A stretch of 64,000 nucleotides of DNA from Mobula hypostoma (lineage: Eukaryota), in assembly GCF_963921235.1 (NCBI RefSeq), contig NC_086106.1, positions 25,544,001 to 25,608,000 on the forward strand, read 5' to 3'. Below are positions 61,496-64,000 of the stretch, in pieces. The notes below the pieces were generated by a model. It ran no database searches and was not told the DNA's origin. It saw only the letters and a program-made list of their open reading frames with translations. The position numbers and the translations under genes are program-made. The first letter of the stretch is position 1. Each line of letters starts with the position of its first letter.

Positions 61496-63474
61496 GATAC
61501 GAATGGGAGACATGGAGAGATTACTGCTGATTCCCAGTTGGATATCGGGGATGTCGGTATAAAAAGAATGTTTAATACTGACGGTAGCATCGAAATACTG
61601 ACTGCTGATACCTCTCTTGCTTTTGAACGAACCATATCAGTCTTTTATTTATTAGTTAGTGAGAGACCAGAAAATGCCTGCGAAACGATGAAATATCGCA
61701 GTAAACACCGAGCTTTTGATGTACAGTAGACCAAGCCCCTCTTTTTGTTTGTGATTGTTTCGATGGTGGTTGGTTGTGGAAATGCTGATGCGATATGCTA
61801 GAATAAGTGAGAGAGGCAGAAGCTGGTTAGGTTAATGCTGCTCGCCGCTGATTGTGCGAGGGATGTGGCAAGGAACTTTTAGGTTCTTATCTTTTTTTTC
61901 TGACATTGATGCTTTGTGTTTTTGTTCTGTTTTAAGGATCTGTAAAAACTGTAAATTTCAGGTTGTGTATTTTGTACGTTCTCTGATTTTAAGCGGAACC
62001 ATTGAAACAAGGTGGGCATTCGTTTCGCTGTCCCCTGGTACATCTGACAACAAATATATAATATACATAATCCTGTTTGATGTAACTGTGAGCGTCTGCA
62101 AAGTGAAGGAATATATCAGGCTGTCCTTCATTAGTTCATTGAACATGGGTTGTGCAGGAAAGTGGCGGTGGTGCTGGACTGCAGAGCGCCTATCATGACA
62201 GCCTGGCGATATCTGGTGTCATGTCCCAGAGATTAGGTTTGATTCCGACCTTCCGGTGTGTCAGCGGATACTTAAGTGCTCAGCTTCCGCAATTCCCGAG
62301 TTGCTATGTTTTCCACTGCCCGAAAAAGACGCTGTGGGTTGCACGTGCTTGTGATCGGAGGATCAGTGAATACACATGTTAAGAGGGAGGAATTTACAAA
62401 ATTCGACAGATAAATCAGTCGACAATAAGACCATAAGATATTGGAACAGAAGTAGGCCATTTGGCTTGTCGAGTCAGCTCCGCCATTTCAGATGAGAAGG
62501 TATCCTGGTGGAATTATTCGATACACTAAACATATAATTAAAATGAGATTTTCAAAAAGTCGAAATATACCTTTGGAAACAGATGCTATCAGTTTGTGCT
62601 CCTTCGGCAGTAACCGGATGTTCTCACTGTTTGTCTCTTCCATCGGTGGGAAAACACAAAATTCTAAAAGCAAGTTCCCATGAAACAAAAATAGACTATT
62701 CCCACTTGCAAGAGTATCAGACTGTAGGATGAAATTGAATCTTAATCTTGGTATGACCTTGCTCTTTATTTCCTGCCTGCGCTGCATTTTTAGACGTCTG
62801 TTACAGTTTCTTTTTGTATCCTTATATTGTTTTACTTTGTACTGTCTCGATAAGCTGTGTAGTGAATTCATCGGTATAAACAGAATCAATGCAATAATGC
62901 GACAATAATAAACACATTCCGTTTTCAATTTAGACATGTAGCAAAATGCTACAGGTGGTGATAACATCGAAACTGTTTAATCTGATTGGGAAACCAGATT
63001 ATACAAGCAATCAATCTGTTGTGATCCCACCCCGCTCTCTTCCTTCGCTCTATTTTATACTGAAAATGCCTTCAAAACATGAATCTCTTGATAGTATGCG
63101 GTCACGTATATGCACTTTAATCATAAATTTAATTCAAACATTGAACCTTTTTCTTAGAGCTTGGGAATGCAACGACCAATAATAGTATCTGCATTCTCCA
63201 ACACGCTAAGCATCCGCAGGTTCCGCCGACTTATCTAAATACTCAGTATAAATCATAAGTAGCTGCTGCAACATCCTTAATTTCAGTAGCATGCCACTTG
63301 CAATTATTTGTCAATTCGAAAACGACCAATTTTCACATCCTCTGTTTTCCTTTAGTCAGCCATTGTGCCATTTAAATATATCCCGGTTCCACTCCGTCCT
63401 CATTATTTCACACTGCAGGTACTTGAACAAAGTGGCCAAAGACGATGTCAAACAAGGCTGTCAATCGTGATATG

Positions 63475-64000
63475 CTACTACTACTACTACGTAGACTCAG
63501 GCCTAGGGAGCCTGCGTCGGGCACGATGACGGACTCTCCACTTCTCCCTCTCCCTCATCAGTGTGTTCAGTTCACCTACATTAGCCGCGCCGCTGTCTTC
63601 TAGGAGCGTGTTGACCATAGTCTCCTGAGAGCACCCAGGGTTCAACCACCCGTGCTTGGGCTCCCATATGATGACTAGGCTGGCAGGTAGCACGGGGTGG
63701 CGGAGACAGTGCCCCGCTAGTTGCAGTCTTCTCGCCTCGATTTTAGGAGAGAGCATCGGTAGGTTGTTGTAGAGCTCAACGTTCGTCATGTGCTGTTGCC
63801 AACTCACATCAACAGCCATCCGCAGCATTCGTGTATAACAACCATCTGGAGACTTCCGCATCGTCTTGGTGAGTGTCCACGTGTCGCATCCGTACGTGAG
63901 AATGGACTCTATGACTACTATTAACATCCTTTTTTTAGCCCTCTGGTCACCTTCGGTTTCCAGATTTGCTTCATGTCGTTCGTAGCCCTCCGCGCCAGCG
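63475..64000 (-). mobile_element. RTE-clade LINE 3' end, runs off the window
   Basis: ESILTYGCDTWTLTK...RRLQLAGHCLRH C-terminus, stop at 63487-63489, (TAG)n tail. Confidence 0.85.

Noticed and set aside
1-64000. Ig cluster (IgH, IgNAR, IgL) or D/J/C segments
   Set aside because: I found no 12-RSS, FGxG/WGxG J motif or constant exon near any V. The array organisation and framework residues fit TCR V. A by-eye search could miss short D segments.

Overview
Vertebrate antigen-receptor V-segment array on the minus strand, most likely the TCR alpha/delta V region of a cartilaginous fish (locus and taxon are inferred). Three V genes look intact (10905-11327, 24341-24763, 39941-40372). Each has a 46-nt leader exon, an 85-nt phase-1 intron, a V exon with C23/W41/C104 and a 23-bp-spacer RSS. 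About 20 V pseudogenes or relics surround them, arranged in repeatedly duplicated multi-V cassettes. I found no D, J or C segments. Intergenic DNA is dense with CR1, Rex1/Babar, RTE and Penelope retroelements, solo LTRs, one hAT transposon and microsatellites, and there are four N runs. Most notable: (1) a same-orientation CTCF-like motif sits just 3' of nearly every V RSS, even where the RSS itself has decayed; (2) paired CCAAT boxes lie upstream of the intact V genes; (3) Penelope-derived minimal hammerhead ribozymes occur, including a fold-back insertion; (4) a TSD-flanked non-autonomous retroelement starts with a candidate HDV-like ribozyme. All alignments were done by eye, and mobile-element boundaries are approximate.
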